From: Candidatus Fervidifonticultor quintus
Lineage (GTDB): Bacteria; Sysuimicrobiota; Sysuimicrobiia; Sysuimicrobiales; Humicultoraceae
Assembly: GCA_031459535.1 (NCBI GenBank)
Contig: JAVKIJ010000012.1
Location: forward strand, 1 to 51,144
Length of the DNA stretch: 51,144 nucleotides
Reading direction: 5' to 3'
Below, one piece after another: positions 9,983-20,585 of this stretch (positions within the stretch are counted from its first letter, which is position 1; each line of letters begins with the position of its first letter). The notes beneath the pieces are model-generated. The model did no database searches and had not been told where the DNA came from. It saw only the letters and a list, made by a program, of their open reading frames with translations. A program made the translations under genes and the position numbers.

Positions 9983-11299
9983 TCAGAGGACCGACGTCGC
10001 AGCGGGCGCCGGCTCCACCACGCTCAGCGACTCGGTGAATGTGCGCTCCAGGTCCGCGCGCGCGGCGCTGCGCGCGGCAAATGGCCCGATGGCGGCCATC
10101 GCGATCTGCCCGGGAGCAAAGAGCTCCCGGGTCATGGCGGCCACATCCTCGAGCCTGACCGCGTCCACCCGTCCGATGATCTCATCGAGGTCGATCTGCC
10201 GGCCAAAGTACAGCTCCGAGCGACCCAGCTTGAACATCCGGCTTCCCGTACTCTCCAGCGAGAGCATGAGGCTGCCTTTCAGCGATTCCTTTGCCCGGTG
10301 CAGCTCGGGCTCTGCCAGCGTGGTAGGCAGGCGCGCGATCTCCTCGAAGGTCAGGCGCAAGACCTCCGGTGCGTTCTCGGGGCTCATGGCTGCGTAGATC
10401 ACGAAGAGCCCACCCTCACGATACGACGCGGCATAGGACGCGATGGTGTAGACCAGCCCGCGGGCCTCCCGGATCTCCTGAAACAGCCGGCTGCTCATGC
10501 CGCCGCCCAGGATGTTGTCAAGCACGGCGAGGGTGTAGCGGTCGTCGTCACCCTGCGCCCGACCGCGGGTGGCCAGGCAGAGATGCACCTGCTCAATCTC
10601 CTTCATGCGGATGGACACCGTCGGCGTCAGTGCCGGGATCTCCGTGGGGTGCACCGACGCCTTGCCGTCCCAGGTTCCAAAGTGCTGACCGACGAGTTCC
10701 ACAACCGCGTCATGGTGGATGTCACCCGCCACGCTGACCACGATGTTGTCGGCCCGGTACCGTTTCTCGATATACCGGAGGAAATCGTCGCGACCGAGCT
10801 TGGCCACGGCCTTTCGCGTCCCGATGACTGATCGCCCCAGTGGGTGCCCGTCCCAGATGGTCTGGGCAATGAGATCCTGGACGACCTCGTCGGGTGAATC
10901 CTCGTAGGTCTTGATCTCCTCGGTGATGACCTGGCGCTCTCTCTCGATGGCTTCCGGATCAAACGCGGAGTTGAGGAGCATATCGGCGGTCAGTTCCACG
11001 ATGGCGGGCAAGTGGTTGGCGAGCACCTTGACGTAGAAGCAGGTGTGCTCCTTGTCCGTGAAGGCGTTCATCTGTCCCCCCAGGGCATCCACCGCCTGGG
11101 CGATGGCCAGTGCCGAGCGACTGTGCGTGCCCTTGAAGAACAGGTGCTCGAGGAAGTGCGAGATGCCGTGCTGGCTGGCCGGTTCGTAGCGCGAGCCGGT
11201 ACCTACCCAGATCCCCAGGGACGCCGTGCGCACCTGAGGCATGGCCTCGGTGACCACGCGAACGCCGTTGGGCAACACGGACTTTCTGGGCGGCTCCAT
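9983..11299 (-). CDS. M16 family (pitrilysin-like) zinc peptidase, MlpA/YmxG-like
   Basis: Inverted zinc motif HFLEH, NAFTDKE and SSRLFQEIRE..GLVY; conserved position after pnp. ATG at 11299 follows GGAGG. Confidence 0.92.
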   Translation of the reverse strand: MEPPRKSVLPNGVRVVTEAMPQVRTASLGIWVGTGSRYEPASQHGISHFLEHLFFKGTHSRSALAIAQAVDALGGQMNAFTDKEHTCFYVKVLANHLPAIVELTADMLLNSAFDPEAIERERQVITEEIKTYEDSPDEVVQDLIAQTIWDGHPLGRSVIGTRKAVAKLGRDDFLRYIEKRYRADNIVVSVAGDIHHDAVVELVGQHFGTWDGKASVHPTEIPALTPTVSIRMKEIEQVHLCLATRGRAQGDDDRYTLAVLDNILGGGMSSRLFQEIREARGLVYTIASYAASYREGGLFVIYAAMSPENAPEVLRLTFEEIARLPTTLAEPELHRAKESLKGSLMLSLESTGSRMFKLGRSELYFGRQIDLDEIIGRVDAVRLEDVAAMTRELFAPGQIAMAAIGPFAARSAARADLERTFTESLSVVEPAPAATSVL

Positions 11300-11322
11300 C
11301 GGCGCCTCCAGCAAGCGTCCCC

Positions 11323-13578
11323 TTACGGGCGGGGCCGCCGGGCCGGGCGCGGCCCGCCCACGCCGCCGCGGCGGCGCGGTGGCCGGCCTTCTCGGCTTCC
11401 CCCCCGCCCAGGGTGCAGGGGGCGGCGGGACGAAATGTCGGCGGGCTGGCGCTCCTCGTACTCCGCGTTCCACCCTTCAGGCGGAGGCTGCGTGCCGCGG
11501 TGCGTGAGATTGATGCGGCCCATGCTGTCGATCTCCTTCACCTTCACCTCAATCTCGTCGCCCACCTTCACCACGTCTTCCACCTTGTTGACGTGATCGT
11601 AGCTGAGTTCGGAGATGTGCACGAGCCCCTCTTTGCCGGGCAGGACCTCGACGAACGCCCCGAAGTTCATCAGGCGGGTCACCCGGCCCCGGTAGGTCTC
11701 GCCTACCTGCACCTCTCGGACAATGCCCTCGATCATCTGGGCCGCGCGCCGTGCCGACTCTTCGTTGGTCGAGGCGATCATGACGCGGCCGTCCTGCTCA
11801 ATGTCGATCTTGGTCCCGGTGTCTGCTGTAATCTTGTTGATGATCTTGCCGCCAGGGCCGATCACATCACGGATCTTGTCGGGATTGATCTGAATGGTCA
11901 CGATGCGCGGCGCGTGCGCCGACAGCGTCGCCCGCGGAGCCGGGATCACCTGAGCCATGACATCGAGCACCTTCAGGCGGGCCTCCCGGGCCTGCGCCAG
12001 GGCCTCGGCCAGCACCTGACGGGACAGGCCAGCGGTCTTGATGTCCATCTGAAGGGCCGTGACGCCCATGCGGGAGCCGGCCACCTTGAAGTCCATGTCG
12101 CCCATGGCGTCCTCGATCCCCTGGATGTCGGTTAGGATCGCGTACCTGTCATCCGGGCCGGTGATCAGCCCCATGGCGATCCCACCGACGGGCGCCCGGA
12201 TGGGCACCCCGGCATCCATCAGGGCCAGGGTGGACCCGCACACCGATGCCATCGAGGTGCTGCCGTTGGACTCCAGCACCTCGGACACGACCCGGATTGT
12301 GTACGGAAACTGGTCCTCGCTGGGAATGAGGCGCTCCAGCGCCCGCTCGGCCAGCGCCCCGTGGCCGATCTCCCGGCGGCCCGGGCTGCGCAGCGGCCGG
12401 ACCTCGCCCACGGAGAACGGCGGGAAGACGTAGTGGTGCATGTACCGCTTGAACTCCACGATGCCGATGTCATCCAGGCGCTGCTCGTCCTCGCCGGTCC
12501 CGAGCGTCACGATGGACAGGACCTGGGTCTGGCCACGCTGGAACAGCCCCGACCCATGCGTGCGCGGCAGCAGGCCCACGGCGCAGGCCAGAGGCCGGAT
12601 GTCCTCCGGCCGGCGGCCGTCGGGACGACGGCCCTCTTCGAGGATGCGCCGCCGGACCTCGGCCTTCACCACCTCGCCGATGACCTCGCCGATCTGGCCG
12701 GCCTGGTCGGGGAACCGCTCCCCGAGCCTCGCGGCCACCTCGGTCTGCACCGCGCGCAGGGCGCCCTCCCGGCCGATCTTCTCGGGGTTGTTCAGCGCCT
12801 CTCTCACCAGCGGGAGCGCCGCTTCCCGCACCGCCCCCTCCAGGTCGGGATCGGGTGCGACGAGGGTAACCTCTCGAGGGGGTGCGGCGACCAGCGCCGC
12901 CAGGGTACGCTGGGCGGCGACGAGCTTTCTAATTTCGCCATGGGCCAGGTCAATGGCGTCCAGCAGCCGCTCCTCGGGGACCTCATCGGCCCCGGCTTCC
13001 ACCATCAGGATCGCATCCGCGGTGCCGGCCACGACTAGGTCGAGCTTGCTTGCCTCCTCGAGCTGCCGCAGCGTCGGGTTCACGACCAGTCGGTCATCGA
13101 CCAGCCCGATGCGCACGGCACCCACGGGCCCGGCGAACGGGATCCCGGATATGGTCAACGCTGCGGAGGCCCCGTTCATGGCCGCAATCCCTGGATCGTG
13201 CTCCTGATCCGTGGACAGGACCGTCGCGATCACCTGCACGTCGTTCCGGAACCCTTTGGGGAACAGCGGCCTGATGGGCCGGTCGATCAGGCGGGATGTG
13301 AGGATGGCCCGTTCACCCGGTCGGCCCTCTCGCTTGAAGAAACCACCCGGGATCTTCCCGGCGGCGTACATGCGCTCCTCAAAATCGCATGTCAGGGGGA
13401 AGAAATCGATGCCTTCGCGCGGGCTCTCAGACATCGTGGCCGTCACCAGGACCACTGTCTCTCCCATCGTGACGGTCACAGCGCCGTGAGCCTGGCGGGC
13501 GAGCAGTCCGGTCTCAAAGACCACTCCCTCGCCGCCGACCTCAGCCTCGGCACGGCGAACCTGCGCTGCCAAATCCAT
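11323..13578 (-). CDS. pnp: Polyribonucleotide nucleotidyltransferase
   Basis: [40 protein letters not shown] and S1 domains. ATG at 13578 follows GGAAGGA. Confidence 0.97.
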   Translation of the reverse strand: MDLAAQVRRAEAEVGGEGVVFETGLLARQAHGAVTVTMGETVVLVTATMSESPREGIDFFPLTCDFEERMYAAGKIPGGFFKREGRPGERAILTSRLIDRPIRPLFPKGFRNDVQVIATVLSTDQEHDPGIAAMNGASAALTISGIPFAGPVGAVRIGLVDDRLVVNPTLRQLEEASKLDLVVAGTADAILMVEAGADEVPEERLLDAIDLAHGEIRKLVAAQRTLAALVAAPPREVTLVAPDPDLEGAVREAALPLVREALNNPEKIGREGALRAVQTEVAARLGERFPDQAGQIGEVIGEVVKAEVRRRILEEGRRPDGRRPEDIRPLACAVGLLPRTHGSGLFQRGQTQVLSIVTLGTGEDEQRLDDIGIVEFKRYMHHYVFPPFSVGEVRPLRSPGRREIGHGALAERALERLIPSEDQFPYTIRVVSEVLESNGSTSMASVCGSTLALMDAGVPIRAPVGGIAMGLITGPDDRYAILTDIQGIEDAMGDMDFKVAGSRMGVTALQMDIKTAGLSRQVLAEALAQAREARLKVLDVMAQVIPAPRATLSAHAPRIVTIQINPDKIRDVIGPGGKIINKITADTGTKIDIEQDGRVMIASTNEESARRAAQMIEGIVREVQVGETYRGRVTRLMNFGAFVEVLPGKEGLVHISELSYDHVNKVEDVVKVGDEIEVKVKEIDSMGRINLTHRGTQPPPEGWNAEYEERQPADISSRRPLHPGRGGSREGRPPRRRGGVGGPRPARRPRP

Positions 13579-13651
13579 GGGGTACCGTCCTTCCTGTGCT
13601 GTTGTCGGATGTCCCTGTCCGATTGCGGAGGGTACCGAGTGTGACGGCACG

Positions 13652-13918
13652 CTACCGGCGCAGCCCCAGCTGGTCTACCAAGCGTCGGTATGCGGCGACA
13701 TCAGCACGCTCCAGATAGGCGAGCAGCCGCCGCCGCTTCCCCACCATCTTGAGCAACCCGCGTCTCGAGTGGAAATCCTTCTTGTGCTGCTTAAGATGCT
13801 CGGAGAGCTGGTTGATGCGCTCGGTCAGCAACGCCACCTGAACCTCTGGGGACCCGGTGTCACCCTCGTGACGCCGGTACTTGCCCAGTACGCTCTGCTT
13901 CGCTTCGCCCTTCAACAT
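13652..13918 (-). CDS. rpsO: 30S ribosomal protein S15
   Basis: [13 protein letters not shown] and [22 protein letters not shown]. Confidence 0.97.
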   Translation of the reverse strand: MLKGEAKQSVLGKYRRHEGDTGSPEVQVALLTERINQLSEHLKQHKKDFHSRRGLLKMVGKRRRLLAYLERADVAAYRRLVDQLGLRR

Positions 13919-14005
13919 GATCGGCCTCCTGCGGCGAGCCGCTCCTTCACCGTCACCACAGCGGCCGGGGCGCCGCTGGAGGAGCGAGCGTCCCCGCCGG
14001 GGTCA
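13919..14005 (-). promoter_or_regulatory. Structured rpsO 5' leader (candidate S15 autoregulatory RNA)
   Basis: Nested helices GGCGGG/CUCGCC, CGCUCCU/AGGAGCG and CAGCGGC/GCCGCUG directly upstream of the AGGAGG RBS. Confidence 0.55.
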
Positions 14006-14011
14006 CCGCCC

Positions 14012-14040
14012 ATCGTAGCACACCAGCCTGGGGGACACAA
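14012..14040 (-). promoter_or_regulatory. Sigma70-type promoter for rpsO-pnp
   Basis: TTGTGT-17 nt-TACGAT with a TG extended -10. Confidence 0.6.
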
Positions 14041-14102
14041 ACCCGAGTTGACAGTAGTACGACAAAGAAAATGAATTATACACGCATTTCTAATAACTCA
14101 GT

Positions 14103-15047
14103 TCATGCAAGATCATTATTATTTATCAGACTTAGTGTCGTTCTGGTCGTTTGAACATCCTTCGAGAGCTGCGTCCGGAGCGCGTCCACCGAAGGGAACC
14201 GCCGCTCATCCCGAAGGCGAGCCACGAACGCCAGCTCAAGGGTCCGGCCGTATAGATTCACGTCCACGTCGAGAAGGTGCGCCTCCACGCACAGGACGGC
14301 GGATCCAAACGTTGGCCGCACGCCGACGTTCACCGCAGCACCGAACGTCTGCCCGCCCACCCGGGCGTACGCGGCGTAGACCCCCCGTGCGGGGACCAGT
14401 TTGAAGGGCGGCACCCGCAGGTTGGCCGTGGGCACCCCGATCGCTCGGCCCCGCCCCTCACCGGGCACAACTTCTCCGCGCACCGCGTACCAGCGCCCGA
14501 GCCACTCGGCCGCCGTGCGCACGTCCCCGGCCCGCAGCCGATCCCGGATCGCGGAGCTGCTGATGATCATGCCGCCGTTCTCCACCGGAGGCACAACGAC
14601 GGCCTCGACGCCGTGCCGCGCAGCCCACCTCTGCAGACGCTCCGGGGTGCCCTCGCGATTCCGGCCGAACGTGTGCGTAGAGGACGCCACGACGGCACGG
14701 GGCGCAACCGTCGCCTCGAGCCAAGCCAGCCACGCGTCAGCATCCATCTGACGGACCGCCCCGTCGAACCCGACGATCACCACCGCGTCCACGCCCGTCG
14801 CCTCAAAGAGGGCGATCCGTTCCTCGAGAGTGCTCAACAGGAATGCCTCACTAGGGGGAGCGATGACCATGATCGGGTGGGGTTCAAAGGTGACCGCGAC
14901 GGCCTGCCCTGCGATGCGTTGTGCCGCCGCCCGCAGCGCGTCGATGACGGCCTGATGCCCGCGGTGCATACCATCGAATGTGCCCAGAGCCAGAGCCGCA
15001 GGTCTGGTGGGGTTGGGGAAGGCCTCGAGCCCGCGGACGACGATCAT
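14103..15047 (-). CDS. ribF: Bifunctional riboflavin kinase/FAD synthetase
   Basis: GTFDGMHRGH, ISSSAIR, GRAIGVPTAN, NVGVRPTF and EAHLLD. Confidence 0.95.
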   Translation of the reverse strand: MIVVRGLEAFPNPTRPAALALGTFDGMHRGHQAVIDALRAAAQRIAGQAVAVTFEPHPIMVIAPPSEAFLLSTLEERIALFEATGVDAVVIVGFDGAVRQMDADAWLAWLEATVAPRAVVASSTHTFGRNREGTPERLQRWAARHGVEAVVVPPVENGGMIISSSAIRDRLRAGDVRTAAEWLGRWYAVRGEVVPGEGRGRAIGVPTANLRVPPFKLVPARGVYAAYARVGGQTFGAAVNVGVRPTFGSAVLCVEAHLLDVDVNLYGRTLELAFVARLRDERRFPSVDALRTQLSKDVQTTRTTLSLINNNDLA

Positions 15048-15988
15048 AGTCCTCCCGATCCCCGCAGAACCCTGAACGGTCTCAGGCGTCCGGCCTCGAT
15101 CCGGCCCAGAGCCAGCAGGCCGCGGCTGTCGCGCAGGCGAATGGGCCCCGAGACCGGCAACCGGGACCAGCCGGGGATTTGGAAGACCGGCAGCGGCCGG
15201 CCCTCGAGGATGTGGTGGCGCTGCGCAGCGGTCAATTCCACCGCAGGCAGGTCGGCCAGCGCCTCGTCCATACTGGTCAGCATGGCGGGGAGGCGCCCCT
15301 CGGCTGCGGCCGCGCCCAGCTCTTCCAGGGTCACGGCCCCGGCGAGGTCAAAGCGGCCGGACCGGGTGCGGAGGACGAAGGACGCGTGGGCGCCGACGTG
15401 CAGGCGGTCGCCGAGGTCGCGAGCCACCGCCCGGATGTAGGTACCCTTGGAACACTCCACGTGCGCCAGGACGACCGGGTGGGGCCCAGGCCGGAAGTCG
15501 AGGAGACGGCACTCCGTGATCTGCACGCGGCGGGGCGGTACCTCGACCACCTGGCCGACACGCGCGCGCTGGTACAGGCGCCGGCCACCGGCGTGGATAG
15601 CCGAGACCATCGGCGGGACCTGGTCGAACTCGCCCACGAACTCCCCCAGGGTGCGCTCGATGGCCTCGCGATCCAGATGCGACGCGTCCGCCTCGGCGGT
15701 CACCCTGCCGTAGGCGTCCCCCGAGTCGGTGGCGACGCCCAGGGTGAACTCGGTTCGGTAGGCCTTCCGCTGATCCGTGAGGAACTCGGCGATCCTGGTT
15801 GCGTGACCGAGGCACAACACCAGGACGCCACAGGCCCCGGGATCCAGGGTGCCCGCATGGCCGATCCGCCGCATGCCGACCAACCGGCGGACCTCGTCCA
15901 CAACGTCGTGCGACGTGAGCCCGGGCGGCTTGAGCACATTGAGAACGCCCGTGAGCAGGGGCGGCTGATCAGGGACTCGGCGCTTCAT
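15044..15988 (-). CDS. truB: tRNA pseudouridine(55) synthase
   Basis: KPPGLTSHDVV, GHAGTLDP and CSKGTYIR. Start placed at ATG 15988 but approximate. Confidence 0.93.
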   Translation of the reverse strand: MKRRVPDQPPLLTGVLNVLKPPGLTSHDVVDEVRRLVGMRRIGHAGTLDPGACGVLVLCLGHATRIAEFLTDQRKAYRTEFTLGVATDSGDAYGRVTAEADASHLDREAIERTLGEFVGEFDQVPPMVSAIHAGGRRLYQRARVGQVVEVPPRRVQITECRLLDFRPGPHPVVLAHVECSKGTYIRAVARDLGDRLHVGAHASFVLRTRSGRFDLAGAVTLEELGAAAAEGRLPAMLTSMDEALADLPAVELTAAQRHHILEGRPLPVFQIPGWSRLPVSGPIRLRDSRGLLALGRIEAGRLRPFRVLRGSGGL

Positions 15989-16958
15989 CGGGTATCGTCC
16001 CGTGGATTTCGTGCGCCGCAAGATCCAGGGCTCTCCTCATAACGTCCTCCAGCGTCCCGCGAACGTCCGCCCCCGCAGCGGCCGGGTGCCCGCCGCCGCC
16101 GAGGGCCCGGGCCACCCGGTCGGCACGGACCCCGTCGCGAGATCGCAGGGAGACGCGGATCACCCCACCCGCATCTTCCAGGCTCATCGCCAGGCGGACG
16201 CCGGCCACAGTCCGCAGCAGCGCCGCGATTCCCGAGGCCTCTTCCAGCCCGGCTCCGGCCGCCTCGCGCATGGCGGGCGTGACCACCGCCACGGCCACCG
16301 CTCCGCCGTGGTGCAGGGTGAGCCCGGCCAGCGCGCGGCCCAGCAGCCGCAGCGCCGAGGCCGGCTGCTGCTCGTAGACTTCGCGGACGATTCCGTGCAC
16401 CGACGCCCCGCGCTCGATCAAGTCCGCAGCCAGCCTGAGTGCATGCGGCGTGGTGTTCGCGTAGCGAAACGCCCCGGTGTCGGTCACGAGGGCGGTCAGC
16501 AGGCAGATCGCCATGGTCTGGTCAATGGGAGCGCCCAACTGCGTGATCAAGTCCGCAACCTGCTCTCCCACAGCCGCCGCCGATCGGTCCCAGTCCACCT
16601 GGTGAGCGTACGGCTGCAGGTCTGCATGGTGATCGATGGCCACGATCACCCGTGCCCGCCTGACTGCCGCTTCCAGCCGGCCCGTGCGATCCAGCCCACT
16701 GCACTCGAGGGTCACCGCCACGTCCGGCGCCCAGTCCGGGGGCAGTTCGGTCACCACCTCGGCCGCCCCGGGCAGGAACCTCAGGCTGGCCGGCACGCCG
16801 TCGGCGCTGGCCACCGTCGCCAGGGCGCCCAGCGACTGCAGCGCCCACCGCAGGGCTAGCCCCGCACCCAGGCAGTCCCCGTCCGGACCCACGTGGCAAA
16901 CGATCAGGGTGTGGGCGCTACTCCGCAGGGTCTTGGCGATGGCTGCCCGGGGGTTCAC
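15969..16958 (-). CDS. nrnA: DHH family phosphoesterase (NrnA-like oligoribonuclease/pAp phosphatase)
   Basis: HVGPDGD, IDHH, TDTGAF and GGGHPAAAG motifs; located between rbfA and truB. Confidence 0.88.
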   Translation of the reverse strand: MNPRAAIAKTLRSSAHTLIVCHVGPDGDCLGAGLALRWALQSLGALATVASADGVPASLRFLPGAAEVVTELPPDWAPDVAVTLECSGLDRTGRLEAAVRRARVIVAIDHHADLQPYAHQVDWDRSAAAVGEQVADLITQLGAPIDQTMAICLLTALVTDTGAFRYANTTPHALRLAADLIERGASVHGIVREVYEQQPASALRLLGRALAGLTLHHGGAVAVAVVTPAMREAAGAGLEEASGIAALLRTVAGVRLAMSLEDAGGVIRVSLRSRDGVRADRVARALGGGGHPAAAGADVRGTLEDVMRRALDLAAHEIHGTIPDEAPSP

Positions 16959-17307
16959 GGGGCCCGTCCTCTGCGACCTCGCGCATCAGCGCGACCACGC
17001 GTGTGCCGCGTTCGATGGACTCGTCCAGGCGAAAGAGAATCTCGGGCACGAACCGGATGGCCAGCCGGCCGCCCAGCCTGGAGCGCACGTGGCCGCGGGC
17101 GCGTTCGAGGCCTTCCATGGTGCGCCGCTTCGCCTCCGCATCGCCCAACACGCTGACGAAGATCTTGGCGTGGCGCAGGTCGGCGCTGACCACCACGTCG
17201 GTGATCGACGCAAATCCGATCCGGGGGTCTTTCAAGTCTCGCCGGATGATCTCGCTGGCCTCGGCCTTGATGACCTCCGCCAGGCGCTCGGCGCGCGAGG
17301 CGCTCAT
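16918..17307 (-). CDS. rbfA: Ribosome-binding factor A
   Basis: DLKDPRIG, SADLRHAKIFVS and RFVPEILFRLDES; alternative start at 17322. Confidence 0.95.
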   Translation of the reverse strand: MSASRAERLAEVIKAEASEIIRRDLKDPRIGFASITDVVVSADLRHAKIFVSVLGDAEAKRRTMEGLERARGHVRSRLGGRLAIRFVPEILFRLDESIERGTRVVALMREVAEDGPREPPGSHRQDPAE

Positions 17308-17324
17308 GACAGTCCGCTCCATTC

Positions 17325-17606
17325 CTAGCGGATCTCGACCTGGAAGTCCATCAGGACCACGTCGTCCTGATGCTCGACGAAGTTGGCGATCTCCGAGAGG
17401 ATCTCGTGGGCATGGCGCGTGGAGGTGGACACGCAGGCGAATCCCACCGCCGCGCGCCGCCAGGTGTCGTGGTGGTCCACCTCCGCCGCGCTGACGCGAA
17501 ACCGCTGCTGCGCCCGCTCCACCAGACTCTTGATCAGGCGGCGCTTGTCCTTCAGCCCCTTGGCGCCCGGGAGGCTCAGTTCCGCGCGTGCGACGCCGAT
17601 GATGAT
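17325..17606 (-). CDS. ylxP: DUF503 family protein (YlxP), apparent ATC start
   Basis: LKDKRRLIKSL and FRVSAAEVDHHD motifs; located between infB and rbfA. The GGAGGAG RBS is followed by ATC-ATC-ATC-GGC, with no in-frame ATG/GTG/TTG between the infB stop and these codons. Confidence 0.85.
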   Translation of the reverse strand: MIIGVARAELSLPGAKGLKDKRRLIKSLVERAQQRFRVSAAEVDHHDTWRRAAVGFACVSTSTRHAHEILSEIANFVEHQDDVVLMDFQVEIR

Positions 17607-17637
17607 GGACGCTCCTCCGCCAGCGGGTCCGTCGGGC

Positions 17638-20268
17638 CTACGCGGGCACCTGCTGGACCTCATAGGCCTCAACGATGTCCCGCTCCTTGATATCGTTGAA
17701 GCGCTCGAGGCCGATGCCGCACTCGAACCCCTCGGGGACCTCTCGCACATCTTCCTTGAACCGCCGCAGGGAAGCGATGCGCCCTTCGTACACCACAACG
17801 CCATCCCGGATCACCCGGGCCAACATGCCGCGCACGATGCGGCCTCCGGTCACGTATGCACCGGCGATGGCCCCGACCCGGGAGATCGTGAACACTTGAC
17901 GCACCTCGGCCTGCCCGAGCACCACCTCCCGCGTCTTGGGCGCCACGAGCCCGCGCTGCAGCTCCTGGAGGTCCTCCAGGGCCTCGTAGATGATCCGGTG
18001 TAGTCGGATGTCCACACGCTCGGCTTCGGCCATCTTGCGCACCGCCGCCTCGGGGCGGACATTGAATCCGACGATGGTCGCGCGGCTGGCCGCGGCCAGC
18101 ATCACGTCGGACTCGGTAACGTTCCCCACGCCCGCGTGCAGGATGTTGAGCTGGACCTCGGGCGTCGAGAGCCTGGGGATCGCTCCCGTCAGGGCCTCGA
18201 CCGACCCGTGCGTGTCGGCCTTGACGATCAGCCGCAACTCGCGCACGCCCTCTTCGCCGACGGCCTCGGCACCGGCCGGCCGGGCCGCCGCCTGCTCGGA
18301 CGCCCGTCGGCGCTCCCGCCGCTCTTCGGCCACGGCACGGGCCATCCGTTCGTCCCGCACGCCCTCCAGCAGATCACCCGCCGCCGGGGTGTCCACCAGG
18401 CCCAGGACTTCGACGGGCACTGATGGTGTGGCTGCCTCGATGCGGCGGCCCCGGGCGTCCACCATGGCCCGCACGCGACCGTAGGTCTCGCCCGCGACCA
18501 CGGCGTCGCCCACGCGCAGGGTGCCCTCCTGCACCAGGACGGTAGCCACCGGACCACGGCCGCGGTCGAGCCGGGCCTCGATGATCGTACCGCGCGCCGG
18601 TCGGTCGACCTCGGCACGCAGGTCCTGCAGATCGGCCACCAGCAGGATCATCTCCAGCAGGTGATCGAGCCCGGTCTGCTGCCGGGCGGACACGGGCACC
18701 ATGATCGTATCGCCGCCCCACTCCTCAGGCACCAGGCCGAGCTCGGCTAGCCCCTGCCTGACGCGATCGGGGTTGGCCTGCGGCAGGTCCATCTTGTTGA
18801 TGGCTACGACGATGGGTACCCCAGCCGCCCGGGCGTGGTTGATCGCCTCGACGGTCTGAGGCATCACGCCATCGTCGGCCGCCACCACCAGCACCGCGAT
18901 GTCGGTCACTTGCGCCCCACGGGCGCGCAGCGCCGTGAACGCCTCGTGGCCCGGGGTGTCGATGAAGACGATCTCCCGCCCCCCCGACTCGACCACCGAT
19001 GCGCCGATGTGCTGGGTGATTCCGCCGAACTCGCCCTCCGCCACCTTGGTCTGCCGGATCGCATCGAGCAGTGAAGTCTTGCCGTGGTCGACGTGTCCCA
19101 TGACCGTGACGACCGGCGGCCGCACCACCGCCTGTTCGCTGGCCGCCACCGCGAGGCGCTCGATCTTGGACGCGCCTTCGACGGCCACGGCGGGCTGCGG
19201 CCTGCGGACCACGGCCCCAAAGGTCTGGGCCACATCGGCGGCGACGTCGGGTTGCACCTGCTGGTTGATCCCGGCCAGGATGCCCCGTTCGAGCAACCGC
19301 TTCACCACCTCGCCGCTGGTCACGTGCAGGCGCGACGCCAGCTCTCCGACGGTCACAGCGCCGCTCAGCTCAATCTCACTGGCGACCTGCAGGGGCGAGG
19401 TCTCCGCCGGCGCCTCCGGGGCCTCCCGTGCTGGCGGCCGCTTCCGGCGCGGCAAGCGGTGCATCGGCCGCCTCGGTTGAATGCGCGGACGGCTGGGTGG
19501 CCGGCCTTCGGGCGCCCGCCGGCGTTCCGGCGGACTCACTTTGGGAACCGGCGGTCGCTCGGGAACGACTGGAACCTCGGGCGCGGCCACGCCGCGGTCT
19601 CGCGGCTCCCGCTGCGGTTCCCGATCGCGGCGGGGCGGCCGGACCGGTTCGATCCGCACCGTCTCCGGGGGCTCCACCGCCGGCGGCCACGCCCCTGGCT
19701 TCTGAGGTGCCTTCGGGGCCTCCACCGGTGGCGCGGCCGGCCCGACGACAGCTGGCGGCGCCGCGGCGGCCGCCGGGGGTGCTGCGGCTGCGGGCGGCGC
19801 GGCGACTGGGAACGGTGCGACGGCAACGGGCGGCGTGGCGGTCGGGGGCGGCGCTGGAGCCTGCGCCGCAGGCCCCAGGGCCATCGGCGGAGCCTCGAGC
19901 GGAACCGCGGGCTCGGGCTTCGGTGCCGTCTGCGCCACGGGTGCCTCCGCCGCGGCCGCGGGCGAGGCGACGACGGCGGGCCCAGGCGGTGGGATGACGA
20001 TCTTGCGTACGCCGAGGATGCGCTCCCCCGTGGGAGTCTTGCTCTCTGGTCGAGCCGGCGCCGGCGGGCCGGGAGGCGGGGCGGGTGCGAGGACCGGCGC
20101 CCTCTTGCCCTTGGGCCGCGTCGCGGCCACGTGAGCGCGGACCCGTTCCTCCGCCATCATGGTCAGGCTGCTGCTGTGGCTCTTCACGGGGAGCTTGAGC
20201 AATGCCAGGACGTCCAGGACCTCCTTGGCAGTCAGCCCGAGTTCTCTTGCCAGTTCGTACACCCGCAT
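17638..20268 (-). CDS. infB: Translation initiation factor IF-2
   Basis: [12 protein letters not shown]-domain, [17 protein letters not shown] and NKMD GTPase motifs, C-terminal GFECGI; long Pro/Ala-rich linker. Confidence 0.97.
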   Translation of the reverse strand: MRVYELARELGLTAKEVLDVLALLKLPVKSHSSSLTMMAEERVRAHVAATRPKGKRAPVLAPAPPPGPPAPARPESKTPTGERILGVRKIVIPPPGPAVVASPAAAAEAPVAQTAPKPEPAVPLEAPPMALGPAAQAPAPPPTATPPVAVAPFPVAAPPAAAAPPAAAAAPPAVVGPAAPPVEAPKAPQKPGAWPPAVEPPETVRIEPVRPPRRDREPQREPRDRGVAAPEVPVVPERPPVPKVSPPERRRAPEGRPPSRPRIQPRRPMHRLPRRKRPPAREAPEAPAETSPLQVASEIELSGAVTVGELASRLHVTSGEVVKRLLERGILAGINQQVQPDVAADVAQTFGAVVRRPQPAVAVEGASKIERLAVAASEQAVVRPPVVTVMGHVDHGKTSLLDAIRQTKVAEGEFGGITQHIGASVVESGGREIVFIDTPGHEAFTALRARGAQVTDIAVLVVAADDGVMPQTVEAINHARAAGVPIVVAINKMDLPQANPDRVRQGLAELGLVPEEWGGDTIMVPVSARQQTGLDHLLEMILLVADLQDLRAEVDRPARGTIIEARLDRGRGPVATVLVQEGTLRVGDAVVAGETYGRVRAMVDARGRRIEAATPSVPVEVLGLVDTPAAGDLLEGVRDERMARAVAEERRERRRASEQAAARPAGAEAVGEEGVRELRLIVKADTHGSVEALTGAIPRLSTPEVQLNILHAGVGNVTESDVMLAAASRATIVGFNVRPEAAVRKMAEAERVDIRLHRIIYEALEDLQELQRGLVAPKTREVVLGQAEVRQVFTISRVGAIAGAYVTGGRIVRGMLARVIRDGVVVYEGRIASLRRFKEDVREVPEGFECGIGLERFNDIKERDIVEAYEVQQVPA

Positions 20269-20280
20269 GCCCCGGCCTCC

Positions 20281-20571
20281 TTAAGTTCTTCCCAGCTGCT
20301 GAGCGGCCTGGGCGGTCGCCGCCCGCAGGTCTGTGGCCACAGTGTCCGGCACCGGCATCTGGAGGGCGTGCTCCAGTCGCCGCTCTCGCAACGCCACCTC
20401 GGCACACTCCGTGTTCGGGCACACGTAGGCGCCTCGGCCCGCTACTTTCCCGGTGGCGTCCACCTTCAGTTCACCGACGGGTGTGCGGACCACGCGGATC
20501 AGCTGGCGCTTCGGCCGCATCTGGCGGCACGCGACGCACTGGCGCTGGGGAACGTGTCGAGCCCTCGGCAT
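20281..20571 (-). CDS. ylxR: YlxR/RnpM (DUF448) RNA-binding protein
   Basis: PQRQCVACR and GRGAYVC...C motifs; located between nusA and infB. Confidence 0.92.
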   Translation of the reverse strand: MPRARHVPQRQCVACRQMRPKRQLIRVVRTPVGELKVDATGKVAGRGAYVCPNTECAEVALRERRLEHALQMPVPDTVATDLRAATAQAAQQLGRT

Positions 20572-20585
20572 GATTGCCTCTCACA

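Noticed and set aside
19440-20110. Low-complexity, repeat-like GC stretch
   Set aside because: It encodes the variable Pro/Ala-rich IF2 linker; not a DNA repeat array or CRISPR.
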